The notes below the pieces were generated by a model. That model was given only the letters and a program-made list of their open reading frames with translations. It made no database searches and was not told the origin of the DNA. A DNA stretch of 64,000 bases, from the NCBI GenBank assembly GCA_964525955.1, contig CAZGKJ010000001.1:4069-68068 (forward strand), given 5' to 3'. Origin of the DNA: an uncultured Candidatus Bathyarchaeia archaeon (GTDB lineage Archaea; Thermoproteota; Bathyarchaeia; TCS64; B23). Positions 36,563 through 45,899 of this stretch are shown one piece after another. Position 1 is the stretch's first letter. Each line of letters starts with the position of its first letter. The position numbers and the translations under genes are program-made.

Positions 36563-37126
36563 TCATGCAGACCTTGTGAAGAGGAAGTATTTCTCATCCT
36601 CTGAGAGCTCCTTCAGAACCCTCCTCGCCAACAGCTTAACGGGGTCGGGGATGTTCACCCTACTCTGGAGATCCTCGAAGCTCTCGAAGGGTTTGCGCTC
36701 CCGCTCCTCCAGTATCTGCCACATCAACTTCTTCCCTATCCCCGGAATCAGTTCGAGGGCGTGCATCTTCGGGGTTACGGGCTGAGACCTATTGAAGAAC
36801 TCTATAAACCGCTTCTCATTTGATCTGATTATCCTCTCTATTATGCCTGGGAGCTCAGCCTTAGCTGTGGCCGTCAACTCATCGTAGGAGATGCGTCCAA
36901 GGATGTGGTCCACCTTTGTTCTGCCGATCCTGCCGACGTAGAGGCGCTCCCCTATATCGATCTTCGCATCCCTCTTCGGCGTGGCCTCAAGCAGCGTGAA
37001 GTAGGTCTCGCCGACGAGCTGTATTATGCCTCTTCCATAGCCGTATCTAGGGGCGCCTGGCCTACCATGCGGCAATTTATCCAGGACGTATGCATATTCC
37101 TCGTATTTTTTACCCTCTCTCTCCAT
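36563..37126 (-). CDS. DUF655-family protein (conserved archaeal, predicted RNA-binding)
   Basis: It holds the conserved position downstream of RpoF-L21e, and its C-terminal helix-hairpin-helix resembles DUF655. Confidence 0.5.
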   Translation of the reverse strand: MEREGKKYEEYAYVLDKLPHGRPGAPRYGYGRGIIQLVGETYFTLLEATPKRDAKIDIGERLYVGRIGRTKVDHILGRISYDELTATAKAELPGIIERIIRSNEKRFIEFFNRSQPVTPKMHALELIPGIGKKLMWQILEERERKPFESFEDLQSRVNIPDPVKLLARRVLKELSEDEKYFLFTRSA

Positions 37127-37139
37127 CTCTGCCTCCCCG

Positions 37140-37469
37140 CTATTGAGAAGTAGTCTTAGACCTGTATTTCTCTATGATCCTCATCAGATTCTCCATGGTT
37201 TCCTTAGATATTATGCGCTGTCTACCGAGGAAGGTTCTCAGCTCCTCAACGCTTCCTGGGAGGCAGTTGGCTATCTGAACCGCCATGCTCCTCTCCAATC
37301 CGCTCTCCACGAGCTCCTCCACGAGCTTGCCGGCCTCCTCGGCGGGGAGCTTTGAGAACTTCAATGCATAGTCGAGAACCCTCCTCTGGAGTGGGTCGAG
37401 CTCCCCTATGGATTCGAGTATCTTCCTCGCCTCCGGTATGGTGATCTCTCTCCGCTCTATGATGGTCAT
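37140..37469 (-). CDS. rpoF: DNA-directed RNA polymerase subunit F (Rpb4 homolog)
   Basis: Size, a helical HRDC-like sequence and the conserved L21e-RpoF neighbourhood. Confidence 0.7.
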   Translation of the reverse strand: MTIIERREITIPEARKILESIGELDPLQRRVLDYALKFSKLPAEEAGKLVEELVESGLERSMAVQIANCLPGSVEELRTFLGRQRIISKETMENLMRIIEKYRSKTTSQ

Positions 37470-37771
37470 GTCATATGCCTCCTGAGGTGCTCCGGCCTGG
37501 CGATGATGAGCTTCACCCTCTTCCTCTGCGGTATCTCTATGACGTAGGCCTTCCCACGCTTCTCCACTATGGTTCCAACTCTACCCTGGTATCTCCTGTG
37601 GGGCATACCCTTGTGAACCGTTGGGTTGATGTCTATGATGACCCGTTCTCCTATCTCATAGCTCTCCAGAAGCCTGCTGAGGGGTATCTTACCCCTCTCC
37701 CGAATGGGTTTGCGGAGCTTCCTCCTCGTCTTCCTCCTCGGCCCCTTAGAGTGCCTCCCCATCTCCATCAT
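37466..37771 (-). CDS. rpl21e: Ribosomal protein L21e
   Basis: 'MMEMGRHSKGPRRKTRRKL...' is the L21e N-terminus. Confidence 0.85.
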   Translation of the reverse strand: MMEMGRHSKGPRRKTRRKLRKPIRERGKIPLSRLLESYEIGERVIIDINPTVHKGMPHRRYQGRVGTIVEKRGKAYVIEIPQRKRVKLIIARPEHLRRHMT

Positions 37772-39093
37772 CCTAACCTGAATCGTTGAAGCTGTCTGAG
37801 GAGTCTACCCCTACCCCTCAGCTGCTTCAGCATCTTTCTCATGGCGTTATACTGTTTTATAAGTTCTCTCACATCCCTCTCCTCCGTCCCGCTTCCCCTG
37901 GCTATACGCCTGATCCTGGAGGCGTTGAGTATGCGTGGATTCTCCCTCTCCTCAGGGGTCATAGACTGTATTATGACCCTCCACTTATCGAGGCGCTCCT
38001 CGGCTACGTCGAAGACATCGCTGGGGAGCTCGTAGCCGAAGCCTGGGAGCATGGAGATTACCCTCCTCAGGGATCCAAGCTTCCTCATAGCCTCAAGCTG
38101 TCCATATAGGTCTTCGAGGGTGAACTTCCCTGAGAGGATGGCCATCGCATCCCGCTCCGAGACCTCAAGCTCAGCCTCCCTCACCCTCTTAACGAGGCCC
38201 TCTATATCTCCCATGCCGAGGAGGCGCCCTATAAATCTCGGCGGATCAAATGGTTCGAGGTCTTCGACGTCCTCGCCGGTTCCTATGAATTTTATAGGTG
38301 CCCCCGTGACTGCGACGCTTGATAGGGCTCCTCCCCCTCTCGCTGAGCCGTCGAGCTTTGCTACGATTATAGACCCTATATCTGTGGCTTCCTTGAAGGC
38401 CCTCGCCTGGGAGGCCGCCTGCTGCCCTATGGTGGCGTCGATGACGAGGATGACCTCCCTCGGCTTGACTGCCTCAGCCATCCTCCGCATCTCATCGAGG
38501 AGGGGCTTCTCCTCCTTATGCCTCCCAGAGGTGTCGATGATGACCGCTTCATGATCCCTGAAATGCTCCACGCCCCTCCTGGCGATCTCTATGGGGTCTC
38601 GGCATGTTGGGTCTCCGTAGAAGTCGACATTTATCCTCTCGGCGAGCTGTTTGAGCTGCTCGTAGGCTCCAGGTCTGAAGGTGTCTGCGCATATCAGCGC
38701 CGTCTTGAATCCCCTCTTCTGCAGATATCTCGCCAGCTTCGCCGCCGTGGTCGTCTTCCCCGAGCCCTGGATCCCTATGAGCATGTAGATGTTCTGGGCT
38801 CCAGGTTTGAGGTTTAGGGGTTGGGGCTTCTCCCCCACCAATCTCGTCAGCTCGTCGTATATGACTCTGATGAGATGCTCCCTCCGGCTTATTCCTGGGG
38901 GGAGCTCCTCGAAGGCCCTCTCCTCTATCCGCTGGGAGAGCTCGAAGACGAGGCGGACATCGACATCCGCCTGGAGGAGGGCCCGCTGGAAATCCCTTAT
39001 GAGCGCCTTAACTACCTCCCTATCAACCGTTGGAGCTCTAAGCATCCTCTTTATGGCGTCGTAGAGCGATGAACCCAGCTTCTCCAGCACCAT
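37768..39093 (-). CDS. srp54: Signal recognition particle protein SRP54
   Basis: An NG domain with 'GIQGSGKTTTAAKLA' and 'DTSGR', plus a C-terminal M domain. Confidence 0.9.
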   Translation of the reverse strand: MVLEKLGSSLYDAIKRMLRAPTVDREVVKALIRDFQRALLQADVDVRLVFELSQRIEERAFEELPPGISRREHLIRVIYDELTRLVGEKPQPLNLKPGAQNIYMLIGIQGSGKTTTAAKLARYLQKRGFKTALICADTFRPGAYEQLKQLAERINVDFYGDPTCRDPIEIARRGVEHFRDHEAVIIDTSGRHKEEKPLLDEMRRMAEAVKPREVILVIDATIGQQAASQARAFKEATDIGSIIVAKLDGSARGGGALSSVAVTGAPIKFIGTGEDVEDLEPFDPPRFIGRLLGMGDIEGLVKRVREAELEVSERDAMAILSGKFTLEDLYGQLEAMRKLGSLRRVISMLPGFGYELPSDVFDVAEERLDKWRVIIQSMTPEERENPRILNASRIRRIARGSGTEERDVRELIKQYNAMRKMLKQLRGRGRLLRQLQRFRLG

Positions 39094-39108
39094 TCCATTC
39101 TTCCCTAC

Positions 39109-40059
39109 CTAATCTCCCTCACCTTCATGTAAAGGTTGCTCAACCCTCTCCAGGGCGGCCGCAACTATCAGGGGGAAGAGAACAGTCGCATCGCCGTAGA
39201 CGTCGACGATGCATTCTCCCTTAACCTTCCCCCAGCTGATGGCCTCTCTAAGCGGCGCCCCGCTTAGGCTTCCATCCTCAGCCCTGGCGGTTGTGATCTG
39301 AACCGCCGCGTCGAGGCCTCCCCTCAGCGTATTCATGTATAGGGTGTGATGCTTTGGGACGCCCCCGCCGAGGATGATTGCCCCCGCCTTCCTGGCGTCG
39401 TAGACCAGCTCTGCGAAGTGCTCGAAGTCCTTGAGGGGGTTTATTCTGAGCGTCCTCCGCTGGGAGTACACCCATAGGGGTATCCCAATCATGGAGTCTA
39501 ATAGGGCTGGGCTGAAGATTGGGACATCCCTCAGGGCGGCGCATCTCAGAATAGAGTCCTCATCCCTCAGCCTCAACCCGATCTCATGTAGAAGACCCCA
39601 TATCGAGGTCTCTCTACGCTTCTCCTCGGGTATTTCGTCGAGGATTTCATAGAGGAAGCGTTCAAGCTCCTGGAAGATCTTAACCTCTATGTAGATGTCG
39701 TAGGCCCTTGAGATCCCCCTCTCCCTAAGCCTCTCATCGTCGGCCTCTGGGCTTCCGGATCGATGTTCACCTCCCATCGCCTCTATCAGGTCGTGGACCA
39801 GGTTTGCCCCGCTGGTTACGACGGCGTCTATGTAGCCTCCCCTTATCAGGTCTGAGATGATTAGGCGTAGTCCAGCTGGGACGAGGGGGCCTGATAGGGA
39901 GAGGAAGGTGGTGTAGTCCTCGTCGCTGAACATCTCAGCCACTATCTCCACGGCCCTCGCAACCCTTCCAGCCCCTATTACCCCCGCCCTTCCGAGCTCC
40001 TCAGCTAATCTACCCACGGTCATTCCAGCTCTGAGGCGTATTGGTTGGATCCTCCTCAT
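39109..40059 (-). CDS. dys: Deoxyhypusine synthase
   Basis: Overall similarity ('...YIDAVVTSGANLVHDLIEAMG...GGGVPKHH...'), and the gene lies directly upstream of its substrate aIF5A. Confidence 0.8.
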   Translation of the reverse strand: MRRIQPIRLRAGMTVGRLAEELGRAGVIGAGRVARAVEIVAEMFSDEDYTTFLSLSGPLVPAGLRLIISDLIRGGYIDAVVTSGANLVHDLIEAMGGEHRSGSPEADDERLRERGISRAYDIYIEVKIFQELERFLYEILDEIPEEKRRETSIWGLLHEIGLRLRDEDSILRCAALRDVPIFSPALLDSMIGIPLWVYSQRRTLRINPLKDFEHFAELVYDARKAGAIILGGGVPKHHTLYMNTLRGGLDAAVQITTARAEDGSLSGAPLREAISWGKVKGECIVDVYGDATVLFPLIVAAALERVEQPLHEGEGD

Positions 40060-40063
40060 CCCC

Positions 40064-40462
40064 TCAGCCCTTCACCCTCACCAGCTTCCTATGCCCCATT
40101 ATATTCCAGTATTCAACCTCCCTCCCAACTTCGAGCCTCGACTTCAACTCCTCATCCGATGGCTGTGGAACCTCGAAGACCTCATAGGTCTCGAGATCCA
40201 TCAGCTGGACGTAGTCGGGGGTGATGGAGACTATCTGGCCTCGCCGCTTGTCGACGATCGGTATCTCTATGGTGGCGTCGACGGGGCTTACGAAGCTCTT
40301 CTTACTGCCGTCGAGGAGGCTGACGGCTATACATCTGAACTTGGCGCTCCCATGCTTCCCAGGCTTGCTCTTCTGGATCGAGAGTATCTGACATGGCTCT
40401 CCGTCGATGACTGCGTAGGAGCCAACCTTCAACTCCCCAACCCTACCGATCCTATATGCCAT
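40064..40462 (-). CDS. Translation initiation factor 5A (aIF5A)
   Basis: 'MAYRIGRVGELKVGSYAVIDGEPCQI...KSKPGKHGSAK' includes the hypusine-site lysine motif. The start is taken at the internal Met rather than the track's upstream ATG. Confidence 0.85.
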   Translation of the reverse strand: MAYRIGRVGELKVGSYAVIDGEPCQILSIQKSKPGKHGSAKFRCIAVSLLDGSKKSFVSPVDATIEIPIVDKRRGQIVSITPDYVQLMDLETYEVFEVPQPSDEELKSRLEVGREVEYWNIMGHRKLVRVKG

Positions 40463-40519
40463 GGAGAGTCCACCAGCCCATGAGAGAGTATATGAGGGGA
40501 GATAAATCATTTCCGTGGT

Positions 40520-40915
40520 TTAAACCCTTATAACCTCAACCCCCTCCTCTGAGGCGGCCCTCGACTGCCTCTCATCGGATGTTAGGAGGGGAACATCCAT
40601 CTCCCTTGCTAAGGCTATGAAGAGCGAGTCGTAGAGGGTTATCCTCCTCCTGATGGCTATCTTGAAGGCCTCCCCGATCAGCTCTCTCTGGTCGGCGAGC
40701 CTCAATATCTCCCATCTCATAAGCTCCTCCACCACCCTTGAAGCCATCTCCTCATCGACTTCTCCCCTCATAACTCTCTTCCATAGGGCGTTACACGCCT
40801 CCTTCAACGCCATCTCGAGGGATATTCCCCCCTCCTCAAGCCTTCTCCTAACCCCCTCCCATCCCTCCTCTCTAAGTAGATATTTGGATAGGGCTGAGGA
40901 GTCAACGGCTATCAC
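40520..40915 (-). CDS. vapC: PIN-domain ribonuclease toxin VapC
   Basis: The PIN acidic residues start with 'MIAVDSSAL' and continue through '...YDSLFIALAREMDVPLLTSDE'. Confidence 0.75.
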   Translation of the reverse strand: MIAVDSSALSKYLLREEGWEGVRRRLEEGGISLEMALKEACNALWKRVMRGEVDEEMASRVVEELMRWEILRLADQRELIGEAFKIAIRRRITLYDSLFIALAREMDVPLLTSDERQSRAASEEGVEVIRV

Positions 40916-41129
40916 GGTCCTCCCTCACACTCCTCGCCGAGAATCCCCTCGATGCCGGCGGCATCTCCCTGAGCAGCTCATCAAGCCTCTCCAGCCCCCT
41001 CCTAACCTTGATCCTCCAGGCCATCTCCTCCAGATAGTTTCTGACAGCGGCGCCTATGTCAATCCCCTCCCTCTCCAATAGCTCCTTCACCTCCCTCTTC
41101 ACCCTCACGCTCACAACCTCGGACATCAT
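40902..41129 (-). CDS. vapB: VapB-type antitoxin (75 aa)
   Basis: 'MMSEVVSVRVKREVKELLEREGIDIGAAVRNYLEEMAW...' is a typical DNA-binding antitoxin N-terminus. Its stop overlaps the vapC start. Confidence 0.65.
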   Translation of the reverse strand: MMSEVVSVRVKREVKELLEREGIDIGAAVRNYLEEMAWRIKVRRGLERLDELLREMPPASRGFSARSVREDRDSR

Positions 41130-41189
41130 ATACGGAATCGTATACGTAGATATAAACATGGTGTATACAAATCGGGGCGGAAGGGTTTT

Positions 41190-41573
41190 ATGTCGGTATG
41201 CGGATTGGATGTCGCTGTTGGCTGGGTGGAGGCTGTGGGTGAGAGGTGGATTAGGGAGTGTGAGGAGTTTCTCAGGCAGATAAGGGAGAATAGGATGGCT
41301 GAGAATCCAGATCGCCTCGACCTGGTGAGGTCGATGCATGTCGCCCTCCTGGCCCTGAATCACAGCGTGATTGGATGGCTCCAATATGTGAACAACCCCG
41401 ACATCATGGGTAAATTCACCCTCGAGGAGCTTAGGGAGATGTCTCAGTATCTAAACAAGTTCGCCGAGGACTTCATCGAGTATGACATCAAGGTGACGAA
41501 GGCGGGGATGGAGAAGGGGCTTAGGGAGCTGGAGGAGGAGAGGGGGGAGGAGGATCAGCCCTTCTACATATAG
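41190..41573 (+). CDS. Hypothetical protein (127 aa, helical, acidic C-terminus)
   Basis: ORF only; no recognisable motif. Confidence 0.3.
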   Translation: MSVCGLDVAVGWVEAVGERWIRECEEFLRQIRENRMAENPDRLDLVRSMHVALLALNHSVIGWLQYVNNPDIMGKFTLEELREMSQYLNKFAEDFIEYDIKVTKAGMEKGLRELEEERGEEDQPFYI

Positions 41574-41584
41574 CGCCTCCACGC

Positions 41585-43576
41585 TCAGTATTTGATTTTG
41601 TATATGAGGACGAAGTGATGCTCCGATGCGAAGACGAGTTCGAAGTGATCCGGGTTTGCAGTTATCGTCATCAGCTTGTAGAGGGTTGAGTTATAGAATC
41701 TCTCCGTGTATCTCCTATTGCTGTAGTAGTCTGTGAGGTTTAGACCCGCTATCTGAACCATCCAGCTCCACTTCACATTGTCGCCGAAGGGCCACTGCTC
41801 CCTCGGATTGTTGGGGTTGAAGGTGGCGAAGACGAGGATGTGCGTCGCCCCATATCGTTTGAGTATCTCGAGGGATGTGGGTTCATCCATCATCATTATG
41901 AGGGCGATCTGGGCGATCTGGCGTTGAATCCTCGTCGATCCATCGGCGAGGGTTCGCTTACCAGCGACGGTCTCTATCCAGTATCCGTAGTCCCACCAGG
42001 AGACGACTATGGCGTCCTCAGGTAGGTTATCCCTCATCCACGTCAAGGCTTGAATCCAATCTTGTGGGTATTCCCCCCCGATCTTGACGGGGACGGCTGA
42101 GGAGGCGAAGGTTCCAGGCCTATAGGAGGTGGAGGCGGCCCTCCAGATGATTGGGAGGGTCGCCATGAGGAGGATGATTATGAAGAGTGTGGAGGCCTCA
42201 CGGCTAACTCCCATAACCCTCCTCCGCCGTTCCCTCCCCCATCCGGCGGCGAGCTGTAGATGGGATGAGAGGAGCTCAACGAGGCCGTAGGAGGCCATGA
42301 GGGAGGCTGGAACCGAGAGGATGAGGGTCAACCTGATCATGGAGCCAGCGAAGTAGAGGGCTGAGATGTAGAAGAGGAGCATGTAGAGTTTGCGCTCATC
42401 GAGATTTCTCAACGCAATGTAGCAGCCGAAGATGGAGAGGGGGAGGAGGAAGCCGAAGTCGAGGAAGAAGCTGGTCCAGACAGCCCTCTTATGCTCAGCC
42501 ACCGACTCCAATAGGGGGCTCTGAGGCCTCTTGGAGGGGTTTATGACGCTGAGGAACTTACCCGTCAAAGGCCTGGCGACTCCGAGGTATTGGAGCAGGG
42601 ATGCAACCCCTATGACGGCGACCACGAGGATGAGGGAGGGGATGATGAGGCGCCTCAAGGCTATCCTCCGCCTTATCGCCTCATAGGCTACGAGTGTGAG
42701 GACGAGGAAGAGGACCGTGATGTTCTCCACGCTGAGGAGGAATCTCGGCCCCAGCTTTGGGACGAAGATGGCGAAGAGGTAGCCCACAAACATCGTTAGG
42801 CAGTAGGAGGTGAGGATGCGTCTATCATAATGCCCAGTGAAGAGGGTTGAGAGGACGTAGAGGGCGAGGAGCCCTGTCACATACTTTGAGGCGCCCCAGG
42901 AGGCGTAGAGATAGGCCAGGGATAGCCCAGCGAGAATAGAGTATAGAAGCCTCCAACCCAGAGGGCGGTTGCGGTCTATGGAGCGGAGGAATAGCAGCGG
43001 CGTGAGGGCCATGCCGAAGATGCCTATGTTCTCGGTGTCGAAGAAGCCGAGGCTTGTTCTGCTTATGAAGGCTGGACTTACGGCGACGAAGAGGGAGGCG
43101 AAGATGCCTATGGTTCCAACTCCAAGGTCTCGGCCGAGGAGATAGACAACTATGCAGGTGATGGCGGCCATCAGTATTGGGAAGTGGATGCAGACATCTC
43201 GAAGGGAGACATCTACACCGAGGGCTCTTAGAGCCATGTAGAGGGCTGCGGCTGAGAAGGGGAGGCCTGGGAAGGAGCTGTGGGGGATATCCCTCCCTAT
43301 GGGATACCAGCTGAGGCTGTCATGCCAGCTGAACCAGGCCTTGAAGCCGTTTTCAACGACGTATTCGGCCACCCTATACTGGAAGAAGGGGTCGTAGGCT
43401 GTGAGGTAGGCGCCCCATCGGAGGGGGAGCTCCCTCAACGCTACGGCGACGAAGAGTATGAGGATGAGAGCTGAGAATTCAACGAGTCTGCGTCTATCGA
43501 TCTCTAATCTCAACCCTGCGAGGGTCTTAAGCGATCCAAGGCGTCCAAGGGATTCCTTAAGGCCGCTTATAGGCAT
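41585..43576 (-). CDS. aglB: Dolichyl-phosphooligosaccharide-protein glycosyltransferase AglB (STT3-family oligosaccharyltransferase)
   Basis: A polytopic N-terminal domain and the hallmark 'WWDYGYWI' motif in the C-terminal domain. The start is placed at Met59 of the track ORF (MPISGLKE...) to avoid overlap with the divergent neighbour. Confidence 0.8.
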   Translation of the reverse strand: MPISGLKESLGRLGSLKTLAGLRLEIDRRRLVEFSALILILFVAVALRELPLRWGAYLTAYDPFFQYRVAEYVVENGFKAWFSWHDSLSWYPIGRDIPHSSFPGLPFSAAALYMALRALGVDVSLRDVCIHFPILMAAITCIVVYLLGRDLGVGTIGIFASLFVAVSPAFISRTSLGFFDTENIGIFGMALTPLLFLRSIDRNRPLGWRLLYSILAGLSLAYLYASWGASKYVTGLLALYVLSTLFTGHYDRRILTSYCLTMFVGYLFAIFVPKLGPRFLLSVENITVLFLVLTLVAYEAIRRRIALRRLIIPSLILVVAVIGVASLLQYLGVARPLTGKFLSVINPSKRPQSPLLESVAEHKRAVWTSFFLDFGFLLPLSIFGCYIALRNLDERKLYMLLFYISALYFAGSMIRLTLILSVPASLMASYGLVELLSSHLQLAAGWGRERRRRVMGVSREASTLFIIILLMATLPIIWRAASTSYRPGTFASSAVPVKIGGEYPQDWIQALTWMRDNLPEDAIVVSWWDYGYWIETVAGKRTLADGSTRIQRQIAQIALIMMMDEPTSLEILKRYGATHILVFATFNPNNPREQWPFGDNVKWSWMVQIAGLNLTDYYSNRRYTERFYNSTLYKLMTITANPDHFELVFASEHHFVLIYKIKY

Positions 43577-43622
43577 CCGCCCCTGATAGCTTTTAGAATA
43601 GTTGGGGAGACTTTTATTTAAC

Positions 43623-44726
43623 TTGCCATCCCTCGGCTTCATCGTAAACCCGATCGCTGGAATGGGTGGGAGAGTCGGATTAAAGGGGACGGACGGAGAG
43701 GAGGCTCTGAGAGAGGCTCTGAGGCGGGGGGCTAAGCCCTGGTCCCCCATCAGGGCGAGGGAGTTCCTGAGACATTTAGGTGAGGAAGGTCGATCAGCGA
43801 GATGGCTGACATGGAGCGGTGAGATGGGGGAGGAGCTCCTCAGAGAGGTGGGCTACAGCTTTGAGGTTGTTGGATACGCCTCGAAGCCGACGACGGCTGA
43901 GGATACGAAGAGGGCGGCGAGGAGGATGGCTGAGATGGGCGTCAGCCTCATCGTCTTCGCAGGGGGCGATGGAACCGCCTGCGACATAGTTGAGGCCATA
44001 GATATGGAGACCCCAATCCTCGGGATACCCGCTGGGGTTAAGATGTTCAGCGCCGTCTTCCCCCCAACGCCGAGGGCTGCAGCTCAGCTCCTCATCAAAT
44101 ACCTAAATGGCGAGACCCGGATCGTTGAGAGGGAGGTTATGGATGTCGATGAGGAGGCCTATAGGGCTGGGAGATTGACAGCCGTCCTAAAGGGCTGCGC
44201 CAAAACCCCATACGCCCCAAATCTACTGCTTGGAGGTAAGGAGACGGTGGTGGCCGTGGATGAGGAGTTGATGAAGGAATCCATAGCTGCGAGGGTTGTG
44301 GAGATGATGAGGCCTGGGGTCAACTACATATTGGGTCCAGGGTCGACGGTGGCGAAGGTGGCGGAGCTCCTCGGCGTTGATAAGACCCTGCTTGGCATAG
44401 ACGTTGTCAGGGATGGGAGGCTTATCGTGCGGGATGCCTCGGAGGAAGACCTATTGAGGGTTGTTGAGGAGGCTGAGACCTGGATAATAATCTCACCCCT
44501 CGGAGGCCAGGGCTCCCTGCTGGGGAGGGGGAATCAGCCGATAAGTCCGAGAATCCTACGCAGAGTCGGCTTGGATCACATCATCGTCATCGCCACCCCG
44601 AATAAGTTGAGGGGTCTCAAAGCCCTAACCGTCGATACGGGTGACCCAGGTCTCGATGAGGCTCTAAGGGGTTATCGCCGCGTCATCACCGGCTACCATG
44701 AGGAGAGGGTGATGAGGATTCGATAG
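43623..44726 (+). CDS. ATP-NAD kinase-family protein (COG3199-like)
   Basis: 'GFIVNPIAGMGG' at the N-terminus and the 'GGDGT' motif ('LIVFAGGDGTACD'). The probable start is TTG 43623. Confidence 0.55.
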   Translation: MPSLGFIVNPIAGMGGRVGLKGTDGEEALREALRRGAKPWSPIRAREFLRHLGEEGRSARWLTWSGEMGEELLREVGYSFEVVGYASKPTTAEDTKRAARRMAEMGVSLIVFAGGDGTACDIVEAIDMETPILGIPAGVKMFSAVFPPTPRAAAQLLIKYLNGETRIVEREVMDVDEEAYRAGRLTAVLKGCAKTPYAPNLLLGGKETVVAVDEELMKESIAARVVEMMRPGVNYILGPGSTVAKVAELLGVDKTLLGIDVVRDGRLIVRDASEEDLLRVVEEAETWIIISPLGGQGSLLGRGNQPISPRILRRVGLDHIIVIATPNKLRGLKALTVDTGDPGLDEALRGYRRVITGYHEERVMRIR

Positions 44727-44818
44727 GCTGAGCTATTCGTCGAGGATTTCGAAGCTTATCTCCAGAAGCTCTCTCGATGGTCGATATGTGTTGATCAACC
44801 CTCTAGAAGGATTGGTCT

Positions 44819-45508
44819 CTAATAGCCGTAGTAGAGTCTGGAGGCGAGGAACTCCGGAAGCCCAAGCCGTCTCATCCTCTCAGCCACCTCATCGATGTCG
44901 TATTCAACTCTTCTATGATGAATGGAGACTTCACCCCCATCGACCTCGATGAGCATGTAGCTCGCCCTCGGATCGCCATCCCTCGGCTGGCCAACCGAGC
45001 CGGGATTCGCCAGCCGTCGATCATCCACCTCGATGAGGTAGGGGACATGGGTATGCCCGAGGAGAAGCAGATCAGCTCCAGCCATCTCCAGAAGCCTATC
45101 GGCATAGATGTAGGCCTCATGGGGGAAGATATACTCATTTAAGGGGTCTCTTGGGCTGCCATGATATAATGCGATGCGGACGCCCTCAACCTCCAGGCTG
45201 AGGCTTTGGGGTAGCCCTCCCAGCCATCTGATGGCGTCTAAGCTGAGGAGTCTGCGATTGATGTGGACGGCCTCCGCTGCGTAGGGGTTGAAGCCCCATG
45301 TCTCACCGGAGACCACCGCTGCGTCGTGATTTCCGGCTATGCATCGGAAGCCATGCATCCTCACCCTTGAGATGCACTCACCTGGATTTGGGCCGTAGCC
45401 CACTATGTCTCCGAGGCAGAGGGCCATATCCCAGCTCCCCGCATCCCTCAACACCTCGTCGAGGGCTGTGAGGTTGCTGTGGATGTCGCCCAGCGCCAAC
45501 AGCTTCAA
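44819..45508 (-). CDS. Calcineurin-like metallophosphoesterase (MJ0936/YfcE-like)
   Basis: Motifs 'GDIHSN', 'GDIVGYGP' and 'GNHD' are present. Confidence 0.8.
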   Translation of the reverse strand: MKLLALGDIHSNLTALDEVLRDAGSWDMALCLGDIVGYGPNPGECISRVRMHGFRCIAGNHDAAVVSGETWGFNPYAAEAVHINRRLLSLDAIRWLGGLPQSLSLEVEGVRIALYHGSPRDPLNEYIFPHEAYIYADRLLEMAGADLLLLGHTHVPYLIEVDDRRLANPGSVGQPRDGDPRASYMLIEVDGGEVSIHHRRVEYDIDEVAERMRRLGLPEFLASRLYYGY

Positions 45509-45572
45509 GTCGACACCCTCTAATAGTTGGAGGGGGAATGCTTAACATCTCCCCTCGCCTAAACTCTATCAA

Positions 45573-45899
45573 ATGGGTTTGGAGCTATCGACGGCGGAGG
45601 CCCTCCTAGAGGATCGCCCCCTCAAGGCCGCCCTACTGGAGTTGGGGAACGCAGTCATCGCCCTCTTCTGGCTTGGAGATGAGCCGAGGCTGGGAACGCT
45701 CACCATCTCCATGCCTGGAGGCGTCTCATCACCCCTCCTCGGCGATCGAGACCGAGTTCTCAGTCAGGTCATCGCTGAGCGCCTCGCCCACCTCTATGGG
45801 AAGATGGCCCTCGTCTCCATAAATCTCCCCCCAGACCTCGAGGTCTCCGCCGGTAGGGTGCTGCTTAAGCTGGTTGGGGAGCTGGTGAGGGAGCGTTGA
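45573..45899 (+). CDS. Hypothetical protein (108 aa), first gene of the mevalonate-pathway operon
   Basis: ORF whose stop overlaps the UbiD-like start; no motif was recognised. Confidence 0.3.
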   Translation: MGLELSTAEALLEDRPLKAALLELGNAVIALFWLGDEPRLGTLTISMPGGVSSPLLGDRDRVLSQVIAERLAHLYGKMALVSINLPPDLEVSAGRVLLKLVGELVRER

